This document shows, in pieces, positions 26,819 through 48,915 of a stretch of 64,000 nt of DNA; the stretch's first letter is position 1; every line of letters starts with the position of its first letter. Position numbers and translations under genes: made by a program. The stretch lies in assembly GCF_009914755.1 (NCBI RefSeq), contig NC_060930.1, one strand, 5' to 3'. Under the pieces are notes generated by a model, which was given only the letters and a program-made list of their open reading frames with translations, made no database searches and was not told where the DNA came from. Source of the DNA: the human T2T-CHM13v2.0 reference genome, Homo sapiens.

Positions 26819-29093
26819 GTTTATCCCTTGCTTCATTCATACTCTGAAAATCGGAATGCTGTTGACATTGGCATTTGCAATCTTCTAGGGTCAGGTATCT
26901 GTAACTATACCTTGTAGGGTTAATCCAATCATGTCTTTTGAGTATTACAGTGATTGATTATGAATCACTAAATCTATCCTGTGAAGTAAAATTACATTAA
27001 ATTTATTACATAGTCGACATAAGCATGATATAAAATCAATTCAGTCATGTCCACGTACTAGCCACATGTCCCTCTGCATAAAACCAAGCTACGGTAGCAT
27101 GGTCCATGTTCATGTTCTCTTTTCTCATCTTGACTTCACTCTATTTGTTGTCACCACACTGTTCTATATTCTCAGTGGATCAGTGTTCAAATGGCCACGG
27201 TCTTCTGTCTGAACACTGATACCAATGCAAAGAGCTCCCAGGTTCTATTGGCAACTGCTCATGGTTAAGTCTCATTCGCTATCTTCAAAGTAGGCAGTTT
27301 TGCTCTAGTATTTACTGCAGCACACCAGCCGTCTGAGTTTATCTCAGAGTGATGCCTCTCGAGTAGCCTTATAGTTTGCAAATCTCTCTCAAATCTGTTG
27401 CTCTATGAGTGTTTATCCAGCTGCCTCTAAGCCTCACTTCTCTCTGCACACAGGTATATTTTTTCTCTCTTAACACTTACCATTCTTCTCCACATGGCAG
27501 AACATGTGGCTTCTAGTGGCTCATGGGCTTCACTGCTTACGTGCTCAGAATGTTCAGCACCCTCAGGGAAACTCCTCTTATTGTCATGGTTCCAAGTTCC
27601 AATATCCAGGGAAGTAACTCATTGTCTTTGCTTTGGTCATGCACTCCTTTCTGGGCCAATCAATGAACTGTCGCTCTGGAGATAGGTTCCTAGTAGAAAC
27701 CTTATGTACAGAGCTGGAATGGGGGACATTTCTTAGAAGATACAACGCCTAGAAGAAGGAGTATTCAACTAGAGTTACCATTTCAAATGTTGTAATTTGA
27801 GAACATAATTAAAAAATTCAAGGTCTCCTTTGGGAGAAATTATAACTGACATTAAATGAATGCAGAAGGGCAGACTTGTGTTATATCCTTTAGTGTTATC
27901 ATACTGCTTTGCTTGGCAATTTGGTGGTTTCCGTTTCTTGGTCCTACCTTACTTTTTCCAACAACAATCCAGGCTTCTATTGATTACTTTATTAGGGTAC
28001 TGGAACAACATAGATTTGGCTTTAACACTGAAGGATCAAATGAATTTTATAAACAATTCTACTGCCAAATCATTTGAGCAGTATTAGGAAGTCTCAGGCT
28101 GCTTGCTGCTTTGGGTTGAAAGTCCCAAAGATAGCTGTTAAAATGGAACTATTACACATACCGAACAACATGTTAATGTAGTCTCAGCTATTAATATTTT
28201 ATTTGAAAATCTGGATAATAAATAATCATAGAATGCTTCAGGTGAATGTGACTGGAAATCTTGAAATCCAATTACTTTTTTTTTTTTTTTTAACAGTTGG
28301 GGGAAACTATGGTCTGGAGATAAGGCCCCAGACCTAGTCCGTGGCAGATCTGGTTCAGAACTTATCTCAGGAACCCCACTTCAGTGATCTCATTGGTCTT
28401 TCTTTTTCATTCCTTCTCATTGTTTTCATTGAATGAATTAACCAGCTACCCGAAAATAACATACGGATGGGACAGAATCAATAAGTTTTTGTAGAAAAAG
28501 AGGAGAAGGGAAACTTTGGTTATAGATATTGTCTTGTACTGGTCAAGATCTGTAGTGAGAAATTTGGAGCAGATAAACTCTGCACAGAGTACTGGGTACA
28601 TGGGCAAAGTGGAGAAAGCAGATGGGTTTAGCACGAGAGCCTTTCTAGGAGCCTGACTACGGGAGGAGGGAGGTCTCAGAGGAAGGATGGGCTTAAAAAG
28701 AACACCTAAAAACAAACGAAAGAGAACAAATACATAAAACCCCACAACCACACAAAAGTAGTAGTGGGAAAACTGATATAACAATATGTACAGATGAAAC
28801 ATTTTAACATTTTAAATAATAAGAGAATGGCTCATAATTATAGTAATAAATTACAGCATCTCATTAAAATTGGCAAATTTATAGAAACATATGAATTTAG
28901 AAAATTTCCTCAGAAAAGGTAGAAAACCCTGAATAAACCAATAATCAAGGGGAGAAAAAGTAGAAGTTTTAAAATTATTACATCAGCAAAGGCTCTAGGC
29001 TTGGATAATTTTCTGATAAGTCCTTTAAAACTTTCAAGGACTCTCATATGCTATATTCTGTTCCAAAAGATGGAAAAAGAGAATACATTTTCC

Positions 29094-29391
29094 TTTTTCT
29101 TTTGAGACAGGCTCCCACTCTGTCACCCAGGCTGGAGTGCAGTGGTGCAATCATGGCTCACTAAAGCCTTGACCTCCCAGGCTCAAGTGATCCTCCTACC
29201 TCAGCCTTCCAAGTAGCTGGGACTACAGGCACACACCACTAATCCTAGCCACATTTTGTTTTCTGTTTTTTTGTAGAGATGAGGTCTCATTATGTTTCCC
29301 AGGCTGGTCTTGAACTCCTGAGCTCAAGTGATCCTCCCTCCTTGGCCTCCTAAAGTGTTGGGATTACAGGCATGAACCACTTCATCTGGCC
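29094..29391 (-). mobile_element. AluJ
   Basis: gccttgacctcccaggctcaagtgatcctcctacctcagcc...gaactcctgagctcaagtgatcc; TSD cattttcct. Confidence 0.9.
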
Positions 29392-29414
29392 CATTTTCCT
29401 CTTTATTTGCATTA

Positions 29415-29805
<391 letters not shown>

Positions 29806-29809
29806 TTAT

Positions 29810-35560
<5,751 letters not shown>

Positions 35561-35569
35561 AAATATGAC

Positions 35570-36900
35570 TTTGAAAAGGAAGAATTCAATAGAACATCAA
35601 GAAATAACTTGCAAATAATAACGTGCCTTCACCAAGTTGGAACACATGGGCAAATATAAGAAAGATGCAGGATTAAGAAATCTCATCACAACAATAAGAG
35701 AAAAACTTCTCCTTAAGCTATCATACTGTTATCTTGATGGGTGCTATAAAAGCCATTTTATAAAAATTCAACACTTATATTTGACTTTTGAAAAGTAGGA
35801 ACAGAAGGATATTTTATTTATATGATAATGATTATGAACCCCAAACATCGTGATACTTATTGGCGAACAACTAGAGACATATCCATTAAAGTCAGATACA
35901 GATGTCTGCTATTGCCACTGTTATTTAGCATTGTGTTGTAGAAGATATGGCTAATGTATTGAAAGAATCATAAATAAAAGATGTAACTACCGGAAAGGAG
36001 GGACAAAATCAACATTATTCTTAGACAATATAATTGTCTAACAAAAAATACAAATGAATCAACGGAAAAACTATTAGACTTAATAGTCTAATAGTTCAGT
36101 GAGGTGACTGTTTACAAGATAAATATATAAAAAATGATGCTTTCTTGTAAAATAAGATGTAAAACTCCCCTTCATTATAGCAATAAAAATAAAACTGAGA
36201 AATAATTTTTAAAATACTCATTTAAAGAAAACTATAAAACCTTCTTAGAGACATAAAAGTAGTTAGAATAAATGGAGAGGTAAGCCACATTCCCAGTATA
36301 GAGATTCAATGTTGTAAAGATGTCAATATTTCCTAAATTAATCTATAAATTGAAGCCAAGTCTAATTGAAACTCAAGCATCATTGTTTTTCTAGTTGGAT
36401 AGTAGAGGGATATTAGAGCTTCTAGAATTGCAAATGGACAAGAATAGCTAAGAAAGCTTGAAATGGAAAAAAATAAGAATAATGGGGAACCAGCACCACC
36501 AGATTTTTAAAACATTATCAAATGCCAATAATTTTATCATTTACATTACAAACATTGATAAATATGGAGCAAAATGAAAGGGCCAAAATTAGACTCTTGT
36601 ATGTACAATAGCTTAATATGTGATAAGATTTGCATTTCCAATCAGTGGAGGAAAAGTGGGTTAGACAGTAAACAATGTTGAGATAGCAGGTTAACTTTAG
36701 TAAACATAAAAGTTTTACCTCACATTAAACTCTAAATGTTAGGTCGATTAAGGCATTAAGTGCTTTAAAATAAACTATAAAACAAGAAAAAGAATATATT
36801 CAATTAGTTATATATTGTTGAGTGGCCAAGATTTTCTTAATCATAATACCTGAGTCTAAAACCAGAGGGACAAGATAGATAATATGACTGGAAGAATTTT
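35570..36900 (+). mobile_element. Old L1 (L1ME-like) ORF2 remnant; probably continues at 28870-29090, 37260-37355 and 38875-39180
   Basis: Degraded RT and C-terminal motifs, e.g. tgctattgccactgttatttagcattgt and gattcaatgttgtaaagatgtcaatatttcctaaattaatctataaatt. Confidence 0.65.
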
Positions 36901-36916
36901 AAAACATCTGTATGTT

Positions 36917-37254
36917 ATAAAAAGGAATAAAATAATGGCATTTGCAGCAACCTGGGTGGAATTGGAGACCATTATTCTAAGTGAAGTAAATCAGGAATGG
37001 AAAACCAAACATATGTTCTCACTCATAAGTGGGAACTAAGCTATGAGGACACAAAGGCCTAAGAATGATACAATGGACTTTGGGGACTGGGGAGAAAAGG
37101 TTTGAGGGTGTGAGGGATAAAATACTACTTATTGGGTAGAGGGTACACTGCTTGGGTGATGGGTACACCAAAATCTCAGAAATCACCACTAAAAATCTTA
37201 TTCATGCAACCAAACACAACCTGTTCCCCCCAAAACCTGTTGAAATAAAAAAAA
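36917..37254 (+). mobile_element. L1PB-type 3' fragment
   Basis: atggcatttgcagcaacctgg...ctaagctatgaggacacaaaggc...aatctcagaaatcaccactaaa; flanked by atctgtatgt on both sides. Confidence 0.85.
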
Positions 37255-37372
37255 TCTGTATGTCAAAAGCACCATAAATAAAATAAAAGCACAAACAAAG
37301 AAACAAGGATAGGTGTGTAGGCTGGGGACTATAGCATTCCACTTCAGTGGGAGACACTGGGAGTCCTTTTTC

Positions 37373-38856
<1,484 letters not shown>

Positions 38857-39186
38857 CACTGGGAGTCCTTTTTCATATGTTGTGAATTTTAAAAAAATGT
38901 TTGAATGCTGTATCCAAACTATTCTCCATGTATGAATTCCTCCTAAGAACATATTGAGAGACATACATCCAGATTTATATACAAGGGTGTTTAATCTAGT
39001 GCTATTTATAATACTGAAAAATCAAAAATGTCTTAAATATATAAAAAGGTATTGATTGAATGAACAAGAATGCATATGACATGATGGAACACCGTGCTGC
39101 CATTAAAAACTGTTTTCTGATAATATTTGATGACAGTAAAATATTCACGACATACTGTTGAAACGTAGAGATATAAAATAATGTAT

Positions 39187-39497
<311 letters not shown>

Positions 39498-40264
39498 TAA
39501 TGTATAATACATATATGCATATATACATTTTAATATAGATAGGTCTACAAACCCTTGGAGTCAGATATGTTTCAGAAATCAGAATGTTCTGGTTTTTAGA
39601 AGGTGATATTCCATATATTATATAATACACTGCAGCTAAGATATAAATATTCAGGAAGATAGGGATAAATAAAGACTATAAATAGCCTCACATCTGTTTA
39701 GGTCAGCTTTTGCCTCCAAAATGATTTACGATTTTCAGAGCTTTCTGAATTTTGAAATGAAGGTAAGGGATTGTGGATTATGCATATTAAAAGGATTAGA
39801 ATAAAGATCTCTAGGGAGGAATATTGGTGATTTTTATTTCCTTCTTTATATGCTCCTGTATTTTTCAAACCTTTTAATGTGAACATATATTATTTAATTA
39901 GAAGTAAGTCCAAAAAAATAAGAAAAAGTGGAAGAGACACAAGCCTAATTTTGGAAAGGAATATAAAGGCAGTCAAAATTTTACTAAAGTCTTTCAAATA
40001 CAAACAATTAAAACAAAACCTAAACCACCAAAGTGTAATTATACTGTATCACCTGCAGCAACACTTCCTCCAATGTTTCCTGCATACACGCTTCTCTTGA
40101 GAGTCCCCCTTATGATATCTTGGCAGTCTTTGCCCCCCACCTGTAAAAACTCAGCCTATGCTGTTTCTTGTCTCATTGGCCCCTTTCCTTCCTTGCGTGG
40201 GAATGTTTCTCACTTTTTCAATGCCAATCAATCTTTTTCTTCCCCAGGCCACTCAGAAAAGATA

Positions 40265-43200
40265 TAAAATATTTATCACCTTATATTAAATGAAGAAAGA
40301 TTACAAATTAATAACAACCTTCCACATTAAGAAACTTAGAAAAGAAGAGCAAACTAAACTCAAAGCAGTCAAAAGAAAGGAAATAATAAATATGCGAGCA
40401 AAAAAAGCCAGATAATAGAAAAACAACAAAGAATCAAGAAGTCAAAGGTATCTTTTTTGAAAGATCAATAAAACTGACAAATATTTAGCTAAACTAACCA
40501 AGAATAAAGAAGAGAAAGTGAAGATTACTAAAATCAGCAATGAAAGAGGGGCGTAACTACTTACCCAAATTTAAAAACTCCTAAGGGAATACTGTGAACA
40601 ATTATGCCAACAAATTAGATAACCTAGATGAAATGGAAAAAATATTAGAAATAACTATTGAAACTGACTCAAGAAGAGGTAGAAAATCTGAATAGAGCCA
40701 TAAGAAGTATGGAGATTTATTCATTAATCAAAAAATTCACACAAAAGGAATCTTAGTCCCAGATGGCTTCATTGGTGAATTCTAGCAAAATTTTAAAGAA
40801 TAGCACTAGTTTTTCTCAGCTTTTCTAAAAAATAAAAGAGGAGGGAACACTTTTCAACCCATTCTGAGACCAGTATTACCATGATACCAAATGCAGACAA
40901 AGACATCACACATAGAAAAAACTACAGACCATTATCCCTTAGGCACATAGAAACAAAATTCTCAACAAAGTATTATCAAACCAAATGCAGCACCATATAA
41001 AAACATTATACACTATGACCAAGTGAATTAATCCCAGGAGTATGAGATTGGTTAAACATATGAATATCAATCAATGTAATATACCATATTAATAGAATAA
41101 TAGACAACAACCACATGATCATCTCAACAGATGCTGTCTTAGTCTGTTTGAGCTGCTGCAACAAACTACCATAGACTGGGTAGCTTATAAGCATAGAAAT
41201 TTATTTCTGATAGTTCTGGAGGCTGAGAGTCCAAGATCAAGACCTTGGCCGATTCAGTAGCTGATAAAGGCCGGTTTCCTATTTCATAGATGACTTCTCA
41301 TTGTGTCTTCACATGGTGGAAGGAGGGCATCTTTTATAAGGTCACTAATCCCACTCTTAATACCTTGTCACTTCCTAGTACCATCACTTTGGGGTTTAGG
41401 TTTCAACATATGAATTTTAGGGGTACATAAACATTTAGTCCATTGCAGATGCAGAAAAGCATTGAAAACATTGATAAATATGGACTAGCAAACTAGGAAT
41501 AGGAGGAAATTTTCTCAACCTGATAAAAGGCACCTACAAAAAACTCACGGTTAATGTCACACTTAATGGTAAAAGACTGAATGCCTTCTCCCAAAGATCA
41601 GGAGAAAGACAAGGATGTCTACTCTTACGACTTTTATTCAGCATTGTATTGGTGGTTCTAGATAGGGCAATCAGACCAGGCAAAGAAAAAAAAAAACCAT
41701 CTACATTGGAAAGGAAGAAGTAAAACTGCCTCTATGATTGTGACATGAATTTGTGCATAAAAAATTATAAGTTGTTTACCAAAAAACAATTAGAGCTAAT
41801 AGATGAGTTCAGCAAGATTGTAGGATACAAGATCAATATTTAAAAGCTATTGTATTTCTATGCACTAGCAAGAACAATTCAAAAATGAAATCATAAACAC
41901 ATTACAATTCCTTTACAATATTATTAAAAATAAAATACTTAGGAATAAATTCAATAAAAGAAGTGGAAGATTTGTACATTGAAAACTAAAAAACATCATT
42001 AAAAAATTAAATACCTAAATAAATGGAAAGACATCCAGTGTTCATGGATCAGGAGACTTTGGTAAAATGCCAGTACTCATCTAATAGATCAAGAGATTTA
42101 ACTCAATCCCTATAAAAATCCCAACAGCCTTTTTTAAAAATAGAAATTGACAAGACGATCCTAAAATTTGTATGGAAATTCATGGGACCCAAGATAACTA
42201 AAACAATCTTGAAAAGAAAGAACAAAGCTATAGGACTTATGCTTCCCAAAATCAAGACTTACTACAAAGCTACAGTAATTAAAACAGTGTGATATGGGCA
42301 TAAAGATATATATCATTGCAAAGAATATATATCTCAATGCAGAATTGAGAGTCCAGAAATAAACCCAGCCCTCACATATTATGGTGAGTTGGTTCTCAAC
42401 AAGGGTTCTAAGACCATGCAATGTTGGAAAAGACAATCTTCTTAACAAATGGTGCTGGAAGAACTGATATGCATTTGCAAAGGAATGAAGTGTGGTTTTT
42501 ACATCACAACATACACAAAAATTAACTCAAAATCAATCAGAGACTTAACTGTAAACACTAAAACCATAACATACTTAGTAAAAAAAATAAGAGTAAATCT
42601 TTGAGGCCGTGGATTAGGCAATGGTTTTCTAGATATGAAACCAAAAACATAAGCAATAAAAGGAAATATTGATAAATTGGACTTCATCAAAATGTAAAAC
42701 TTTGTGCTTCAGAGGGCACCATCAGAGGACAACCTATAAAATAGGAGAAAATATTTGCAAATCATACATCTGTTAAGGGTCTAGTATCCAGAATATATAA
42801 AGACCTCTTACAACTCAACAATAGTCAAATTACCCAATTTAAAAATGGGCAAAGGATTTGAATGGATATTTCTACAAGGAAGATGTACAAATGGCCAATA
42901 AACACATGAAAAGATACTCAGCTTTGTTAGTTATTAGGGAAATGCAAATTAAAATCACAATGAGATATTTCTTCATTCCCACTAAGATAGCTATAATCAA
43001 AGACAGGGACAACAGCAAGCATTGGTAAGGATGTGGAAAAATTAGAACATTCATACATTGCCAACGGAAATGTAAAATGGTGCAGCTGCTTTGGAAAACA
43101 GTCTAGCAGTTTCTCAGAAAGTTAAAGATAGGGTTACCACATGACTCAGCAAACTTGCCTCTAAGTATATACCCCCAAAAAACTGAAAATATACATCCAC

Positions 43201-43683
43201 CCAAAAACTTGTATGTGAATGCTCATAGCAGCATTACTCATACTAGCTAAAAAGTGAAAACAACCCAAATGTCTGGGGCTGATGAACAGATAAAGAAATG
43301 TGGTATATCCATGCTGTGAACTCTTAGTCAGCCATAAAAAGGAATGAAGTAATACATGCTACAATATGGATGAACCTTGAAAGCATGCTAACTGAAGGAA
43401 GACAGACACAAAAGACCATATATTGCATAATTCCATTTAATGAAATGTCTGGAATAGAGACAAAGTAGATTGGTGATTGCTGGGGTGGGAAGGGGGAATG
43501 GGAAGTGACTGCTAATGGGTATGGGGTTTCTTTTGGGGTTGATGAAAATGTTCTGGAATTAGGTGATTTGATAGTAGTGATAGTTATGCAACTCTAAAAA
43601 CATATTTTAAAATATTAAAGTATACACTTTATAATGAAGTATATATTTCATAATTTATATGGAAATTATACCTCAATTATAAA
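40265..43683 (+). mobile_element. L1MB-type ORF2 plus 3'UTR, 5'-truncated
   Basis: Continuous degraded ORF2 (cccagatggcttcattggtgaattcta...; tactacaaagctacagtaattaaaacagtgtg); 3' end ggaatgggaagtgactgctaatgggtatggggtttcttttggggttgatgaaaatgttctggaattag. Confidence 0.85.
41135..41447 (-). mobile_element. MaLR solo LTR (MLT1A/MST-like) nested in the L1
   Basis: TG...CA termini with 5-bp TSD GATGC (41130-41134 and 41448-41452). Confidence 0.85.
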
Positions 43684-43689
43684 GGTTCA

Positions 43690-44430
43690 GAAATATATAT
43701 TTATTGAGCATCTACTGAGTGCCAGGCACTATCTAGGTGCTGGGTTGGCCACCATGTCTAAGTCCCTAGCTGATATTCTAGACTGGGGATAAAACAGACA
43801 GTTATTGATAAACAAGGTAGTACATAATATCCTAAGAAGAAAAGTATAAAATATGCTAAGAAGCAGGGGAAGGGACAGAGTGATGGGAGAGGTGTGCCGT
43901 TTTAGATAGAACAAGGTCCGTCAGGAAAGTCTTGCTGACAGGGTGAGAAAAACCTGAGATGTGAAGGGAGTGAGTCTGGAACTCTGAAGGAGGGAACACC
44001 AATGAGGCTGGGGTGGGCCTGGGGAGGAGGCTGTTATGGATGGAGGAAAGTGAATGGATAGGGGGGTGGTGAGATAAGAAAAGGTGTGTGTGGGGGGGAG
44101 TGGGGGGTGGTGTGTGGCAGCAGTAGCAGGGACTGATTGTGTAGGGCCTTATAGTCTGTAAATAAGAACTTTGGTTTGGATTTTGGATTTTGCCTTGGAT
44201 GCAATGGGAAGCCATTGGATGGTTCTGAGCAGAGGATGAACATAATCTGATTTAGGGCTTGAGAGACCCCTCTGGCTGCTGTAGGAAGAATAGCTAGTAG
44301 AGGACAAGGGTGGAAGTGAGGTTGTCACCAGTTAGGAGGCCATTCCAAGAATCTAGGCAAGAGGTGGCGGTCACTTACACCAGGAAATAAAAGCAGAGTT
44401 GGGAAATGGCCAGATTCTGGATATGAAGGG
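43690..44430 (-). mobile_element. L2 fragment
   Basis: atttattgagcatctactgagtgccaggcactatctaggtgctggg...atgggaagccattggatggttctgagcagagg. Confidence 0.75.
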
Positions 44431-45975
44431 ATGCCTCTAAATCGCCTCTTGACCCAATACCTGGATCAAGCAACAACTGTCCCAGGGCCACCTGAACGAA
44501 AACTAGACCTTCCTTGTAGAAGGTGTGTTTCAGAGGAGTTGGAAGAAGACAGAGAGGCTGTGGCTCACACTCATGTGTTAATACTTTTTGAGCCTATCAC
44601 TTTCCCTCATTGATCTATTGAACATTTGTGTGTTCTTCCGAAATAAGTGGGGCTCGATATCTATCCACGATCCAGAGGCTCCTCCCATTCAAGTCACGCC
44701 TCTCCTTTCTTCTGCTTTTATAGGCTGGGTGGGATTCTTTTCAGGTGCCAGATTCCCCTTAGGAGCTGGAAAGATTCATGTGGGCTTTGGTGGGAAAATC
44801 CACCTTTGCTTGTTAATACTTGGCCCATTTCAATTCCTGATTCTCCAAGCAGTGAGTGCTCTTCCATCCTCCTTCAGGCTCTCATTGCAAAGTGTCTCCC
44901 TGTGACCCTGAGCCCACGAATAATCCCTAATCTTGCACCCTGCAGACCCTCTCAGAATATCTGGCCATTAACCACAGGATGCCATTTAAATGGTGTGTCC
45001 TGACAGTGTCTCTGGTTTCTGACATACTTCCCTCCCCACCCCATGAAGTCTCCAGCTTCTTATAGTCTCTACCAGCAGTTACCATAAACACACACTGGTT
45101 CACAATGTCTCCATTGATTGCTTTTCCTTGTACAGGGATTATGCCTCTAGAACTCAAGAAAATTTGGGTCCACAAGGGCTTGCTTAAGAGTTAATTTCCA
45201 ATTGCAGTTGTGCAAACATGATTCTCAGACTTCTTCATTTTAGCTAATTCATGTGGGAGGTCACAAGCATGGTTCTCTGCCTGGGACATCTGGTCCTAAA
45301 TGGTGTATTATCTCTGGAATTATGACATTTCTCATCGTGGAGTGTTTTCATGTTTAGTTCCAAGGTGGTGATTTAATCTGAGGAGCAGCTGAGAACTAGG
45401 TCTTAGACGGTTGCCCCTGAATGTACCCGTCACAGGGCTGAACTGTCTCAAATTTCATCTCAGAAAAATGATCAAACATACAAAGAAAACCAAAACAAGC
45501 AGACAGAAAACACTGTGAGCCTGATATCTAAAAGGAATAAACAGAAAATTAAATCTTTACAGAAGCGTCTGCTAAAACGCCGAAAAGGATTCTAACCAAA
45601 ACTTACAGCAAAACTAAAAAATCCTTTTTCCCTACAAATACCTGTGATAGCATTGTAGTTGCCTCTCCCACCATTGATCTTGTTCCTCATTGTCTCCAAA
45701 GAATCTCAAACTCTCTAAAAGCCCACCATACGTGCCTTTTTCTCTCCCTTCCTGACCCCCAACCCACGCTTTTCCGGGTGGTGCCTCCAGGTCTCTGCTC
45801 CATGCATTTCTCTGATCCACACAACCAAAGGCCAGGCCTGTTTGAACAGCAAAGATTTTTTTTTTTTTTTTAGAAACAATAGAAGGAGGCTATAATCATT
45901 CAGAAATTAATTTTTCATTCTAATCCTGCTGTAAGAGTTGTGTTTCATCATAGTGAACTTTCTCCTATGTTACAG

Positions 45976-46049
45976 AATGTAGAACTATCTCAATGGGGCA
46001 AGGACAAGAAGTACATGCTCGAAAGCTGATTCAGATGTCAATGCAGCAG
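45976..46049 (+). CDS. DNAH8: DNAH8 exon J (AAA6)
   Basis: tacag|AATGTAGA ... CAGCAG|gtatgt; 74 nt, phase 1-0; ECRTISMGQGQEVHARKLIQMSMQQ (conserved SMGQGQE). Confidence 0.94.
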
Positions 46050-48046
46050 GTATGTGACAAGAGACTGCTCCTGCTGCAACATTATTGCTAGAAACCCCAC
46101 AATCATGGATGTTACCACATTCTTCTCGTGATGCTCAATCCTGGTTTTTCCATTTTTGTTTATCATTACCTGTGAATTTTAAACCTCAGTCTAGTTTCCT
46201 CCTGATATTCGCATGGAAAGCTTATTCCATTTTCTATAGTATATGCTCCATTTTACCTTCACCAATTTTTTGTTCGTTTTATGATTTGGGAGACACACCT
46301 TCTGATTTCTAAGAATGCATCTCTAGCAGTCTTGGAATTTCATGATCAATATGAATAGGTAGTACTTAAGGAGTGACAGATTGAGACAGTTAAATTTCCA
46401 TTTTCAGTTAAAGGCAGACTTTCATTTTTCATTAACGGATCATTTCAGGCAAAGAAGGAATATTTAAGGATGCTATGTTTAAATACTGATAATGGTTTTC
46501 ACTAATAATTGCAAGCTGAATGGAGTGTTGAGAGAGATTTCCCATCACACCTAATAAATACACAGGACATTAATTTTCTAGAAATGCTCTGTAGATAGCC
46601 ATTTCAGCTGTAATAAGAAATTATACCATTTATAAAAATAAAATAAGATATTGGTTTATTTTTAAGCTTTTGATCTCAGAATGTCTGTACAAACTTTGGT
46701 GCAGCTTTTCCCTGGGAATTAATGACTAGAGAGGGTTAATGGGCTAAAACTCTGTTGGGTCATCAACTTTTCCAGCTAGTCATTAATTCTCAAATGCCCT
46801 AAGCCTCAATCTTTATCACTTAATTAAATTCAATAATTTATTTAATTTATACATGTATATCTCAAAGCAATTATACATAATTATTTTTATTCGGATCAAA
46901 TGTTTCACTCTATTGAGTGATTTGACAGTTTAACTTTGGGCCTTAAATAATTTCTTTAGTTTCTGTGGGTGCAAAACTTTTTAATTTAAATACGGTGTTC
47001 ATGTTAACTGTCTTTGGAATACTAGCCTTTATAACTTCCATGGTCTGTTTGTCAAAGTGGGGTAAGTATTGATTATATGGCATAATCAGAAAAGAAAACC
47101 AGACATGAGCAGGTGCAGCCATGTTGCCGCCTTGAGGGACACCATGTTTAGCATAAAGCTGGCATTGTGGAACACAGAGTGGGGAACCAGAAAGTAAGTG
47201 GGTCCATGATGACACAAACTAATCCTGAATGCTGTTTTCCTCTGAAACCCCAGTTGTATAGACGGCACATCCCCTTTACTAGTTAAGCCGGTGTGAGTTG
47301 TATTTTCGCTTACAGTTGAGACATGGTATATATGCCTTGCCATATATTTATCATGCTCACTATTTTGTAGTTTTATGTAGTTCAAGATAGCTGATTCCTG
47401 TATAAGGGTATTAAAATGTCTAGTAAAGAAACTATGTTCTCACAGGGCAGTGATGGTTTTGTGACATATTGTTTAAGGTAGTTTGTTTAATCAAGTATTT
47501 ATTTAGAAAGTGCTTAATAAGTTATGTGGTTTCAGGAAAGTGTGGAGAGTGATGATAAAGAATAAAGCTTAGCATTATGGTAGTAAATGTCACCAAACGT
47601 ATTGTCTCCAGCTTTCATGAGATCATGTGTATCTTTCTTTGTAACTATGAATAACTGTGAACCAGTCTTCTGGGTTTTGGGGGTGAGTCAGTTCTGATTT
47701 ACCTTAGGCAGGACAACTTGTTACTGATTCCAAAATACCCGTTCCCACCATTAGATGGTGCACACACTGTACTTACACAAGTCTGCCTTCAAGTTTTAAT
47801 TTCTGTTCCTTTCTGAACCAGGGGTGGCAGAATACAATCATTTTGAACCCACTTGATTCTAAGTAATTAGCTTGTACCAATTACTTGTACCATAGCAGGA
47901 GAAATGATTGTATTGACATATAATTTTTAAAAATGTGTTCAAAACAGAGTATTCACATGGTTTTTAAAAAAAGTGCACATTTTGTTTTATTAAAATCATA
48001 GCAAAAAGGTTACAAGAAATAAATATGAACTTATTTTTGGATACAG

Positions 48047-48199
48047 GGTGGTTGGGTATTACTACAAAATTGCCACCTTGGCCTGGAATTCATGGAAGAA
48101 TTACTAGAGACGCTAATTACCACTGAAGCCAGTGATGATTCTTTCCGAGTATGGATAACTACGGAGCCCCATGATCGATTTCCAATTACATTGCTTCAG
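48047..48199 (+). CDS. DNAH8: DNAH8 exon K (AAA6)
   Basis: tacag|GGTGGT ... CTTCAG|gtttgt; 153 nt; [51 protein letters not shown]. Confidence 0.95.
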
Positions 48200-48505
48200 G
48201 TTTGTTACTAAACGTCTTTTGATCGAGAGTCATAGTAATAAAGATGACATCATTGACATTGTTGAAAGATGGGAACACAACAGGGCTTTTTGGTCCTGTA
48301 GGGTCTGGACTGCAAGATCTTATACTATAATACTATAATCATCAAAATCTTGACATCAAGGTTAGACTGTAGTAAATATTTCCATAGAAGAGCTCTAAGA
48401 CTTAGTACTAATTTATTGAGTTTCAGCTCTGATCAATGTACTTAGTTTATACAATGCTGAACTTTGCCCCCACTTTATGTACCATAAGCATATTGTTTTC
48501 TGATA

Positions 48506-48690
48506 TACAGGTTGAGCATCCTAAATCTGAAAATCGAAACCCGAAATGCTCCAAAATCTGAAACATTCTCAATGCCAATAGAATGCTCAAAGGCAATGCT
48601 CATATAACAATTTAATGCTAATATTCCAAAATCTGAAATTCAAAACACTTCCAGTCCCAAGCATTTCAGATAAAGGATATTCAGCCTAAT
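48506..48690. mobile_element. Tigger4a/MER46-like DNA transposon (MITE)
   Basis: ta-caggttgagcatcc...gaaatgctccaaaatctgaaac...ggatattcagcct-a (imperfect TIRs). Confidence 0.8.
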
Positions 48691-48759
48691 ATTGTAATTT
48701 CTATTTTATTCTTTATAGTAATTTATAGAAACAAAAGCACTGTTTTCTTTTCATGACAG

Positions 48760-48915
48760 ACCTCTCTCAAATTCACTAATGAGCCACCCCAAGGTGTACG
48801 CGCAGGTTTGAAAAGAACATTTGCTGGAATTAATCAAGACCTTCTGGACATCAGTAATTTACCCATGTGGAAGCCGATGCTTTACACAGTAGCATTTTTA
48901 CACTCCACTGTGCAG
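48760..48915 (+). CDS. DNAH8: DNAH8 exon L (AAA6)
   Basis: gacag|ACCTCT ... GTGCAG|gtaact; 156 nt; [52 protein letters not shown]. Confidence 0.95.
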